Below, one piece after another: positions 52,876 to 64,000 of a stretch of 64,000 nt of DNA. Each line of letters opens with the position of its first letter. Within the stretch, counting starts at the first letter, position 1. The stretch is from Tetramitus jugosus (lineage: Eukaryota; Protista; Heterolobosea). Position numbers and translations under genes: made by a program. The notes beneath the pieces are model-generated. The model did no database searches and was not told the origin of the DNA. It worked only from the letters and a program-made list of their open reading frames with translations. Location: NCBI GenBank assembly GCA_937625935.1, contig OW569390.1, positions 124,001-188,000 on the forward strand, given 5' to 3'.

Positions 52876-54826
52876 CTAAAAACCTCTCAATTCTTGAATC
52901 TTCAATGGCAACATTGCTGTCATTTGTTCGACCATGGATAATTCTTCGCTCATGCCCGGTACAGGTATGAACTTGTTGTATTTCGAAATGAATTGATACT
53001 CTTTGAGAGATGCCAGTAAAAACTCTGAGAGTTTAGTCTTGTCCTTGGTTCTGAGGTTGAAGTACATGCGGGCGAGCGAGAGGTGAGCCCTCAAAAAAGC
53101 AGGTCGATTATCCTCTTCCACCTCTACTGATGCAATGTCAGAGTAATCCAGTTGGAACTTAAGACCAACTTTGGACCGATCCTTGTTAAAGAACCCACAA
53201 AATTGATTAAAGTATTTGATCGCTTCGGAGCTTTCTTGGTTCATCCTCTTGATGTTTGGCACTGTCTTCGAGACTGATTTTCTTTGCAACAGTTCGAAGC
53301 ACTCAGCATGGATCTCTCCCAACTCAAATGAGATTTGTTTCAAAGTACCCAAGTAGTACTGTTCATTTAATTCATGGAGAATACCACTCAACAAGTTTGA
53401 TCTCCGCAAGTGCATCGCATACTTTCGATCCAAATCCGGTTCGAAGAATGACAACAATCTGTATGCTTTACTCAATTGTTGAGTTGCCGCAACATTTTCA
53501 GAAACATATCCATCCAGCACAAAGAACTTGAATGATTTTTCGTAAAGGTTCTTTGCTTTCTTAAAGATTGGCAAAGCTTCATCGTATGTACGGAGTAAAT
53601 AGTGGATGCTATCAACTGGGACTGTATCTGTTGGTAAATTATCGAAAAACATGTCTGGCAAATCAATTTGAAGAGAAAGAATAGGAGGATCCAGCTTCTT
53701 CTCCTCGTCATTCAAATCCTTGATCGTGTTTTCATCCCAATCGACTCTGTCTGGATGTGTTTCTATGATTAACTCTCGGCTTCGCAACAATTGCGTATAG
53801 TAGAATTCTGCTTCAGACAACTCTATATTCGCCAAAGCTCTCTGATACTCTTCGTCTTCAAGTTCTGAACTGGTCACTTCTTTTTGTAAGACATAAGAAG
53901 CGGCCTTGATAAAATGATAGGACTGGCTAAAACCGTCATGAGAGAGAAAGAATGAACTCAAACCCATGCAATTCTTGGCCCACTCCCTCTTATTGAACTC
54001 CAGTCCGCTTCGCAGTTGTCTTTGCAATGTTAAGAAACAATATTTGGAAGCTAGAGTTGTGTTCATTGTCATCCCGTACACTTGAGCTAGATAAAACGTT
54101 GTTAATGTATGAATGTTCTCCATTGATTCTGATACTTCCTCATTTTTGTGATTGGATTCATTGATAAAATGGTCATACAATTGTTCAGCTCTTTTGAACA
54201 ATGATTCTGCCCTCTGATGTTCGTTCCGATTAGTCCAGATCATGCCTTCGAAATTGAGAGCATCTGATAAGTATTGAATGTACAAAAGATCTCTAGGGAG
54301 GATGACTTGATCAGTGGATAATAGATCGTCCAACTTGTACTGATCCTTTTGGTACTCACACATTTCTTCAAAATGGTCTAACAATCGAGAATCTGCCGGA
54401 TTTGTCATGTGGTTCATCGTGGTCTCTTGTTGTTCATTTTCTTTAGATAGAAAATGAATCGCTTTGATAAAACTCAATTCAGCTCTGGATGGCTCCTCAG
54501 TTGTGTAATAATTGACTCCAAGACTGTAGTATGCCCTCCCTAACAGAAGTGGAAGGGAGTCCATCACTTCTTCAGGTTCCTTGTTCAATGAAGGAAGCAT
54601 TGCTTCGTTGCGTGATAATCTCTTTGTTTCCAATTCTCTAGCTATATCATTCTTTGAACAAGGAATCCATAAGAAGGAGCTCTTTATCACTCGAAAAATC
54701 AATCTTGCTAACACTTACCAGTAGTTTTCTTGCAACATACTTGTTCTCATAGGGATTGGTTTCGTCATTTGGGGGTTGTTGATCAATACACTTTGCTTCT
54801 TGAAACCGAGCTTCATAATGATTCAT
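52876..54826 (-). CDS. KIFBP: KIF-binding protein (TPR); exons 54826-54719 and 54651-52876
   Basis: NPYENKYVARKLL, TLTTFYLAQVYG, YCFLTLQRQL, FFVLDGYVSE, ELNEQYY. Confidence 0.9.
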
Positions 54827-54943
54827 TTCGAATGAATGATAATTTTTATGATGTAAATCTTCATGTATCTTAAAAATTTATTTAACTGTAAAGTTATATT
54901 TTTCCGACGTGGGACTTTTTAGAACAAAATCTTTAAATAAGAA

Positions 54944-55025
54944 GCATGCGTGGCCGAGTGGTCTAAGGCGTCCGACTCAAGTTCGGATATCTCCGGATGC
55001 GTGAGTTCAAATCTCACCGCATGCA
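54944..55025 (+). tRNA. tRNA-Leu(CAA), copy 2, no upstream insertion
   Basis: identical to 52711-52792. Confidence 0.96.
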
Positions 55026-55304
55026 CAGTTTTACATTTCTTGGGCAGCTCAAGAACAACATCAGAGGAAGATTTGACAGGAGCCACTTGTGACAGGTTAT
55101 TTGGCTTACTGCCTGTTCAATTAATTGTCGATTTATGCGTGAAAACGATTACTTTTTAATGTTGGAAAAGGAACTAATACAAGGGTTGTTTTTGTTTTGG
55201 GGGACTTTGTGTTTGACGTCACATCATCGATTGTTGGACTGTCAATCACAAAGCAGCAGTGTGATATAGAGAGATTGGAGTGGAGTGAAGTGCGAAAACC
55301 AAAT

Positions 55305-56411
55305 TTACATCAAATCACAGACACCCTTCTTCTTCTTCCTTCCAGAGTCATCAACAGCTGGCTTCAAGACACACTTGATACACTCATTGAAGACTTCCTT
55401 CAATCCCTTTTGGGTCCTAGCGGAGCACTCACCCCAAGCAACAGCGTTGACTTCCTTCTTCATGACTTCAGCCATTTGACCAGTAATTGGAGCCAATTCC
55501 TTCTCTTGGAGTCTCTTGACCATATCGGCATCCTCTCTCAAATCGAGCTTAGTACCGACCAAGACAATAGGAACATCAGGGCAGTGATGTCTCAATTCTG
55601 GGACCCACTTGCTCTTGACGTTTTCAAATGAGGATGGATTTACAACAGAGTAACATGCCATGAAGACGTTGGTGTCTGGGTAAGACAATGGTCTCAATCT
55701 ATCATAATCTTCCTGTAAATTTGATCATTATCGTTGTGTGTTTTTTTGTTTCGTACATGATTGTTGTTGTTCGATCGAGAGCAAAACGGAGACAATACAA
55801 AAAAATCAAGGTTAGCTTTTGTTCTGTTCTGTAGACGTGTGCTGAAAAAAAAGCTTTTCTCAACTGTGAGTGTGTGAAAAAAAAGCAACAACATACCTGA
55901 CCAGCAGTATCCCACAAAGCTAGAGAAACAGTTTGGTTCTCCCACATGACGTTGGCGTTATAGTTATCGAAAACGGTTGGAACGTAATCTTCTGGGAAGG
56001 TGTTACTTGCATAGGAGATGAGCATACCTAAAATTCATACAATAAAAAAAGAGTAAGAGTGTAAGTGTTTTTTGTTGACATGTTTTGGTCATAGTGGCAG
56101 CAGGTCACAGAACAATTGTACTCCAAAGGATTGTGAGTGTTTGGTTCGCAGAGTCGTAGCTCCTCAGAAGCAGTAGAGCAACAGAAAAAAAGCTTTTTTT
56201 GTTCATCTCAAGTTCAAAGCTATTTTTTGCGTTTCACACAAACAACACAGATATCCATGACTGTCTGAATGTGTGATTCAAGGTTCATCAATCTTTTGTG
56301 TGTACACTGTTCTGTGACCTGCTTTTTGTTGTTGTTATTTGTTCTTTGATACTTACATGTCTTACCGACAGCTCCATCACCAACAACGACTACTTTAATT
56401 GAGGTATCCAT
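55305..56411 (-). CDS. Rac/Rho-family small GTPase; exons 56411-56357, 56027-55897, 55712-55305
   Basis: [36 protein letters not shown], polybasic tail and CDLM CaaX. Confidence 0.96.
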
Positions 56412-57081
56412 GATTTATATAATATATGTACTAGGTGAGCTTTTGTTTGTTGAAACTTGCTTTTTTTTTGCTGTTGTTTGTCTTTTTGAAATGATGTTGG
56501 AAATTTTTCGTTTTTATTTGTTGACGGGTGATTGACATGGGACGTTGTAATTTTGGGCTTACAATTTCGATTACGAATCGGGGTAGATTCGAACTGTGAG
56601 CGAACTGTCGCGATTGATAGAATTTCATCATTTGTTCGCATAATGTTCTGTTCGTTTACAGTTCGTTGTATTCTAAAACAAGGACCCTAACTAAACATTT
56701 CCACTCATCTTAAGCATGCTTACAATAGACCTTAGCTCTCAGTTATCTGTAGTTGCAAATTGGTGAGAACCACACATTCGCGGGGTTGCACCAAAAAGTC
56801 CTACACCCAATTTACCGACAAGGAGCTTCCCAAGAACAAACGAGTTACTATCTCCCATGTTCGTCATCCGATGTCATCTCACATTTTTTGCCGCCCCAAC
56901 AAAACATCACCAACTCGTTTTGTCAAACCCTCTGGCTCTCTGTTACCTCTCTGTACCAGAAGCTCTACTCGCGCGACACGAATACACACTGTCAAGAAAA
57001 CATACTCATGTGCTCCCTCAATTAAAGCTCTTTTTTATTTGTTTGTGCGCATAAAGGAGAGAGAATAAACTTTTTCATATC

Positions 57082-59303
57082 ATGGATCAATACTACATTG
57101 TAAGTTTGCTGTTGCTGCAACTTTGAAAGTTTTTGTTTCACATTCATAATCATCTTTTTCTTTGTCTCTTTAGGTAAAAATTTTAGGTCGTGGCAGTGAA
57201 GGCCAAGTGCTGCTCGCGGAGCACAAGAAGACACACGAAGAGTTTGCGATCAAGCGTATGGAATGGACGAGTTTCGATGACGCAAATTTGCATCTACAGG
57301 AAGCGCATCGACTCAAGCAACTCGATCACAAGAACATACTCAAGTACCATACCGTGTTTTTGCACAAGTACTCTGCTGATACGCAGTTTGTTTGCATTTG
57401 CGTAGAGTACTGTCCTGGTGGCGATCTTCAAAAAACAATATCGAGAGCTTGGTCAACGGGTAAGCACATGAAAGAGGATGACATTATACGGTATACGCTA
57501 GAGATTGCAGAGGGATTGAGTTACTTGCATGATCAAAATATTATTCATCGAGATTTGAAGCCGCAGAATGTGCTTGTTTCCAAGGACGAGTCACTCAAGA
57601 TTTGCGATTTTGGTATTTCGAGAGAGATGGGAACGAGTTTGGTGAAAACGCAGTGCGGTACTCCGAATTACATGAGTTGGGAAATGTTGAATAAGGAGCC
57701 GTATGATGAAATGACTGATCTCTATTCTCTTGGTATTATTTTATTGCAATTTTTAACGGGAAAAGCTGTGATGATGAGTGTAGAGATGAGTAAAAACCCT
57801 CAAATGTTTGCCGAGTTGGAGAAAGAGCTTGTACGGAGATACAACTACAGTCCTGACTTGATTCATTTGGCTCAAAAATTAGTGGCGTTGAATCCATCGG
57901 AGAGACCCTCCGCACAAGATGTGATTCACATTGCGAAGAAGATTCAAGGAAAGAAGTGGAGGAGCGAGTTGATGAAGACGAATGATCGGCTTATCTTATC
58001 ATCGGCATATCGCTTGTTTAATAACCAATTAATATTGGAGATATTTTCATATTTGGATATAGCGGATATGTATTATATAGCACTTGCGTGCAAGAGTTTT
58101 TTCAATATATGGGAGACTATGTGGTGGGATAAGTTTATTGAAACGAAAAAGGGATCGAAAATGATTGAAGATTTATCCTCAGAGAGCACAGATTCCCCCA
58201 ATAGCAATATTAGTCGTGCGCGTAGGGGTTCAACATCTGATTCACATACTTCAAGTTCTCAGTTGATCAATCTAGTTGACACAAAGAGTCATTCAATCCA
58301 CTCTCCATCGAGTTCAATGCACGATCACGATAAAAAGAGAGCAAAAGATCAGATTTTCATGTACTGTAAGATTAGTCGTCCACAGAGGAAGCGAGCGAGA
58401 AGAAATATGGGAAAGCGAATAGTCTCTGAAATCCACCCGAGTCAGATCAATGATGCTGCTGAGTTTTTAGCTAAAAAGTTTAAAACTTCAGAGGGCGAGT
58501 GGGGAGAGTACGTATTCGGCCTTACTCCATACGAAGATGTCATGTTGGAATTACATCCGAGCAAGGCTGCTTCAACAACGCCATCTCCCACGACAAATCA
58601 TTTGAATATTGATATTGCGTTGGATCGAGATTCTCTGAGTGATGACAATGGCTCGGGTACCACTGGTACGAGTAACAGCAATAGCACAATGACTCAAACA
58701 AGTTCCACAAAGGATATCTATACTCCAGCTGCAGCAGCCAAGCAAGTATATACGGTATCAGATTCCAAGTTTGTTCAAATGAAGTGGTTCTTCACATGTG
58801 CCATTCGATATGGTATCAAATATGGAAGAGTATGGGTATCAACCTTTTACTATAACAAGTTGTTTGTGAGAGAAATTCAAGGAGTTTCAATATGGCTCCA
58901 CCCTTACAACTATAAGAATATCAGTTTTTGGAAAATGTTGAGGGTAGGAGTGGCTTATGGACCTCAAAATATGGGAATGCAATCCTTCCGCCGTGCTCTC
59001 AAAATTATTAACTTATCAGAGAGGACTCACTCTACCGTATTAGATCAAAAGGTGAAGCCTCATTGGACATTGTTTCTATTGGCGGTCAAGCCTGGTATGA
59101 CAAACAATGGGATAGGGTCGAGTTTGTTGCTGCCTGTGCTGAAGTCTGCTGATGAACAATCGATACCAATCTACACATCTGTCTACTCACCTTCGGATGC
59201 CTTGCTACAATTTTATAAGCGTCACGGGTTCGATGTCGTAGAGAAGGTTGAGAAACCACAGGTAGGACCTCCATTCCACGCCATGATCCGGTACGGACAA
59301 TGA
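57082..59303 (+). CDS. NEK-like Ser/Thr kinase fused to F-box and GNAT acetyltransferase domains; intron 57100-57173
   Basis: GRGSEG, AIK, HRDLKPQN, DFG; LILEIFSYLD..LACKSF; LAVKPGMTNNGIGSSLL..FYKRHGF. Confidence 0.85.
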
Positions 59304-59601
59304 ACAATTATTTGAGTGAAAGGATTGTATCCCACCACTAGAGCAAATATCAAGGAGTTATTGTGTATAAATACAGCGGAAGGAATCCCATCAGCCTGTC
59401 AGATAAACCCGCGGCTAGATTGAAAAAAATCCCAGAATATCACTACCCGCTAAAAAAAGAGAGCTGCTCCAAGGAGGAGTACACAATGCGCGAAGTTCAC
59501 AGAGAGAATACAGTCACACATTTATCAAGAAACGAATTGCGATACCTCCTCTGAACCACAAGTAACATTATAGCCCCTCACCATAACACGTGTATTGTTT
59601 A

Positions 59602-62600
59602 ATGCTGAACGAGAACAATAATGATGAAGATCAAGGCATGACTCTCGGTCATGTTCAATCTCAGTCCCCGCTGCTTGATCTCTCCCATAGGGCAATGACA
59701 AGTGAGCAATTGGTGCAGTACATTTTGAATCATTTAAGTATTGAGGAGGAATATGTTACCATTTTGGACTTGTCACATAATAATCTCACGATTGTTCCCA
59801 ATTTATTGGCAGATGTGTTTCCCAATATTCAATCACTTAATTTGTCACATAACATAATAGTAAGTGTTTTTGTAAAGTGTTTTGTTGTTGATTTTTTGCT
59901 GTTTTCGATGTGCTTACAAAAATTATCAGGATGTCAACAATGATTTGATATACAACGTGATTAGCCGATTTAGCAAGCTGGAAAATATTGAACTGGATTT
60001 GTTACCTGACCTCGAAAATGGAAATGAACAAGAAAATGCAGGAATTGTTCAAATGAAGGAGCAGTGCCTCAAGGAGGCTGTACCTTCTCTGAAAACAGTG
60101 AACAGTGGTGGTCACTTGGGTACCCAAGAGAGAGGAAAAGTGGAGCGTCCAGTTCAATTAATTACCACAGAAAGTGATGTTATTGAACAAGTGTACCAAT
60201 ACTACCTCGATCTGTATGGTAAGTTGAAAAAGGAGAGCAATTCCAATGGACAGTATGAACTATCAAGAGATCATGCAAGGATCAGGAATGCACTTGAAGT
60301 CAATCTTCCTCATTGCTCTTCTAACAAGTACAAGAGCATGATTCGTCAGGCAAAGCATCGCTTGTTTTCGACCTACCTTAGAGAGCTCGTGAAGGAAAAG
60401 AGAGAGGAAGATACGGAGTTGGCCGAACAAATTCAAAGAGCATTTCAACCACATGAAACCATTTTCTCCAATTATCAACTGAACAATCACGGGAACTCTT
60501 CAAAACAGTTGCACTTGAACACAAGTTCACTGCACATGTTGGAAAAGGATGATTTGAACACTCCTGAGATTGGCATTGATTTGGAGCAAAGGAGACATAA
60601 CTTTGCCAATGAATCAGAGCCACCAAAGGCAGTGATAGAGCCCAAAGAGGAACTATCGATTCCATTCCATCTCAAATTTTATCGTTTTATCAGCAAATTC
60701 ATTCCCATAATTGAGTGGGTGCCCCAGTACAGACATCACTTGTGGGATCTGAAGAATGATGTACTGGCAGGTTTGACAGTGGGTGTCATGTTGATTCCAC
60801 AATCTATGGCATATAGTTTGGTTGTAGGCTTACCTCCTGTTTATGGACTGTACACTGCATTGATACCACTGCTCGTGTACTCTGTGCTGGGCACTTCTCG
60901 TCAACTTGCAGTTGGTCCCACAGCCATGACGTCACTTCTCGTTTCGACGAGCTTGAATAATTTGAGTCTCGACTTAGTCCCGGGCTCCAAATTGTACATT
61001 GCATACGCGTTGATGTTTAGTTTATTCTGTGGTGGGATACAAATCTTATTAGGTCTGTGCCGATTGGGATTCCTAGTCAATTTTCTGTCTCATCCCGTGC
61101 TCAGTGGATTTACTTCGGCAGCGGCTGTCATGATTGCTGGATCGCAATTGACCCACTTGTTGGGAGTGAGTCTACCGAAGGGGAGCCAGCTCCACAGTAT
61201 CATATGGAACACAGCCAAAGCAGTTCCAAGAATTCATTATCCAACTGTTCTAATCGGAATTGGCTGTATGGCACTGCTTCTATTCCTTGATCGCTTCTAT
61301 TTTACCTTGAATAGAGAGATGAAAGTCAAGATATGGGGAAGAGAGATCAATCTGGGAAAAAGAGTGAGCCTCAAAAGAATACCAGCTGCTCTCGTTGTGG
61401 TTATCATTTCGATTCTACTGTTGTTTATCATTGCCAGAGCTAGTAATTCAGACTCAACTCACAACACTGTGTTCGGTATTCGTATCGTGGGACACATTCC
61501 CTCAAGTTTACCCTCTCCTTCTGTTCCGAAAGTTGGTGGCATGTCTTGGCATATGCTGAGAGAGGTGATTTTGCTTTGTTTGCCTGTTGCATTGATGGGC
61601 TTTGTGGAAGCAATTTCCATCTCAAAGTTTTATGCATTGCAGCGAGGATATGACATTGATCCAAACCAGGAGTTGATTGCGCTTGGCATGTCCAATTTGC
61701 TTGGCGGTTTCTTTCGGGCATTTCCAGCCAGTGGTTCAATCTCGAGAACTGCTGTCAATGCGAATTCTAAAGCAGCAACACCTCTCGCTGGTATCATCAG
61801 TTTTCTTTTAGTTTTATTGACGTTGCTGCTCTTGACACCATTGTTCTACTACCTGCCTATGGCAGCTCTGGCTGCCATTATCATCTACTCTTGCTTCAAG
61901 ATCCCTGATGTCGAGGAGGCTATCTTCACATTCAAAACCAAAAAGAGAGACTTTTTGTTGATGATGTTAACTTTGGCGTGTACTCTCTTTATTGGTATAA
62001 CTCAGGGAATTTTGATTGGGGCATCTGCTTCGTTGGTCATGGTAATCTATCGCAGCTCTCGGCCTAGATTTCGTCTACTGGGTCGTCAACCTGGAACAAG
62101 CATGTACAGAGAGAGCAAATCATCTCGATTACCAGTTATTGAATACCCAGGAGTGATCGTAGCTAGGTTTGAAGCCGACATGTATTTTGCCAATGTGGGT
62201 TACTTTAAAGATCGAGTCAAGAGATTCATCAGAAGGTCGAAGTATCCAGTACATGTATTTGTGTTGGATTGTGCAGGTATCAACCAAGTGGACTCAACAG
62301 CAATCGAAGCCATGAAAGAGATTCAACCTATTCTAGCAAAACAAGACATTGAATTCTATCTTGCTCAGGTGAAACCCAGCATTAGAGAGGTGCTTGACCG
62401 CGGTGGTGCCAGTCACTTCATTTCAGCATTCTTTGAGGATTTGCACGATGCAGTGGTGCAGGCAGATGCCAAAACCAAGGAAAACGTGTCGTTTGCGGCA
62501 ACACAAAAGGCAAAGGCATCCAATGATCATGTTGAGCCAACTAGCACTTCCATTGATATCGCGTCCTCAATGTCAAACACTGCGAGTTCTTCTGTGCTCG

Positions 62601-62704
62601 ACCAATCTCCAAGTGCCAATCACACAAGCATTGAAATGATTGAGATAGCAAAAGACAACACCAATTCTTCTGTCGAATTGGACAGTACCTCATCTGTTCC
62701 GTAA
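59602..62704 (+). CDS. SLC26/SulP anion transporter with STAS domain and N-terminal LRR extension; intron 59860-59929
   Basis: DVLAGLTVGVMLIPQSMAYS..GLY, GTSRQLAVGP, NQELIALG, GSISRTAVN, YFAN..VDST; exon 1 has LDLSHNNL repeats. Confidence 0.88.
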
Positions 62705-62787
62705 AGTCGTCGACCAGCAAACCCAAAAATAAATCAGCATTTCGCGCCAATCCAAAAACCCGCCCAAAAAAACCAAATCAGAGAGTG

Positions 62788-64000
62788 ATGCACAGGAATT
62801 CATTCAAGACACCAGAAGGCACCTATCAGGTTGATCTACACTTGAGATTGCATGCGATCAATGGTGGAGCAAAACCACTGTACCAAAAATCAAGGAGTCA
62901 ACTCCGAGCGATCCACATTGACCTCGTTGATTCTCAATTTTTGGCGCCAAATCAATCTCCGCTCCCCACTACAACAACTGCCAGCACGCCAACCATCACA
63001 AAATCAACTTCTCAATCAAAGCTCGCATCATCATCCAACAACAACAACAATAATAATAATATCCTGCCACCAAAATTCAATCCATGCAGTGTCTATCTAA
63101 CAGTCAACACTGTAGACAACAAAGTGTTTTGTCATGATTTACTTGATTTGCTTTCATCAGTAACCAATAGCAACAATCACACTAATAACACTACTAATAC
63201 TACAAAAACAACTACTACTACTACGAACACTAATACGACTACAACGAGTGCTACAAATCAAAAAAAACACAACAAGAATCATCATCAAGAAGTATGGATC
63301 GATCAATTGTCATGTGATGTAGCACCTTGTTGTCATAAGCTCAGTGTTCAAGATTTGATCCAAAAGAAGACGTTGAATATTTTGATTGGTTTCATCAATG
63401 GAAGCATTGCCATTCACAATGCAATCACCAAGAAGAATTTAATTTTTAATCAAAAGGGAAACATTGATTCAACAATGGTCAAATGTGTACAATGGTGTCA
63501 CTCTCATATGTTGACTAATAGTAATACTGCTAGTAATACTACTAGTAATAGTAGTAATAGTAGTACTAGTAGTAGTAGTCATGGGAATAGTAGTAAGAAT
63601 AGTAACAATAGTAGTCAAACAACTGAAAATGCTTTAAGTGTCAAAAATATGAGTGCCGGAAGTTTTTTGGTGGCTCATCACAGTGGAAACATGTATTTAT
63701 ATCACAGATCATATTCTGATGTGACAACGACGACTGGAGAAGTGGTGCAATCAAATCTTGCTTCGTCTGCTGCGAACAATGCATTATCGAGTCAAAGTAT
63801 GACTGACAGTGAATATTCATATAGTCGGTCTAGGGTGCCCAACACGAATCCAATTGCCAAATTTCACGTATCCAACAGTCCATTGAACGATATTCAAGTG
63901 TCGATTGATGGCAAGTTTGTGGCTGTGGCGTGCAATAATGGATATTTGAAGGTGATTGAGATTCAGAGTGGAAAATTAGTGGTGTGCTTCCGGTCTTACT
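62788..64000 (+). CDS. WD40 protein of the WDR20/DMWD/CreC family (runs off the window end)
   Basis: FKTPEGTY, LIGFINGSI, FLVAHHSGNMYLY, NPIAKF..DGKFVAVACNNGYLKV..FRSY. Confidence 0.8.
   Translation, partial: MHRNSFKTPEGTYQVDLHLRLHAINGGAKPLYQKSRSQLRAIHIDLVDSQFLAPNQSPLPTTTTASTPTITKSTSQSKLASSSNNNNNNNNILPPKFNPCSVYLTVNTVDNKVFCHDLLDLLSSVTNSNNHTNNTTNTTKTTTTTTNTNTTTTSATNQKKHNKNHHQEVWIDQLSCDVAPCCHKLSVQDLIQKKTLNILIGFINGSIAIHNAITKKNLIFNQKGNIDSTMVKCVQWCHSHMLTNSNTASNTTSNSSNSSTSSSSHGNSSKNSNNSSQTTENALSVKNMSAGSFLVAHHSGNMYLYHRSYSDVTTTTGEVVQSNLASSAANNALSSQSMTDSEYSYSRSRVPNTNPIAKFHVSNSPLNDIQVSIDGKFVAVACNNGYLKVIEIQSGKLVVCFRSY

Noticed and set aside
52717-52941. Duplicate ORFs MAEWSKASDSSS (also 54950-55159) and ORFs over 41644-42258
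   Set aside because: They are translations across tRNA genes.
2167-62750. Many short antisense or overlapping ORFs in the track
   Set aside because: They are shadow frames of well-supported genes and have no independent motifs.

Overview
Gene-dense eukaryotic (protist) DNA with short GT-AG introns. The style suggests a heterolobosean or amoeba-like lineage, but this is inference only. Host genes include an mS45-like protein, ITPK1, PEX10, a head-to-head FANCE/FANCI pair, COPA, an EamA transporter, VPS41, F-box proteins, a trypsin-like protease, a GSAP homologue, an AlkB dioxygenase, a P450, a PARP6/8-like protein, KIF-binding protein, Rac, a kinase-F-box-GNAT fusion, an LRR-SLC26 fusion and a partial WDR20. 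Four tRNA genes lie on the + strand: Ser-GCT, Pro-AGG and two Leu-CAA. The main finding is a tRNA-gene-targeted non-LTR retrotransposon system (APE-RT-zinc finger, L1-like). Three of the four tRNA genes carry insertions immediately upstream, always head-to-head with the tRNA, and the three readable target-site duplications (TSDs) are 15 bp. Two divergent families use windows offset by about one helical turn: family B at about -55..-40 and family A at -44..-30. At tRNA-Pro and tRNA-Ser, three insertions are stacked in the same order (decayed copy, B, A, tRNA). The 3' ends carry conserved hairpins, an AATAAA signal and poly(A).
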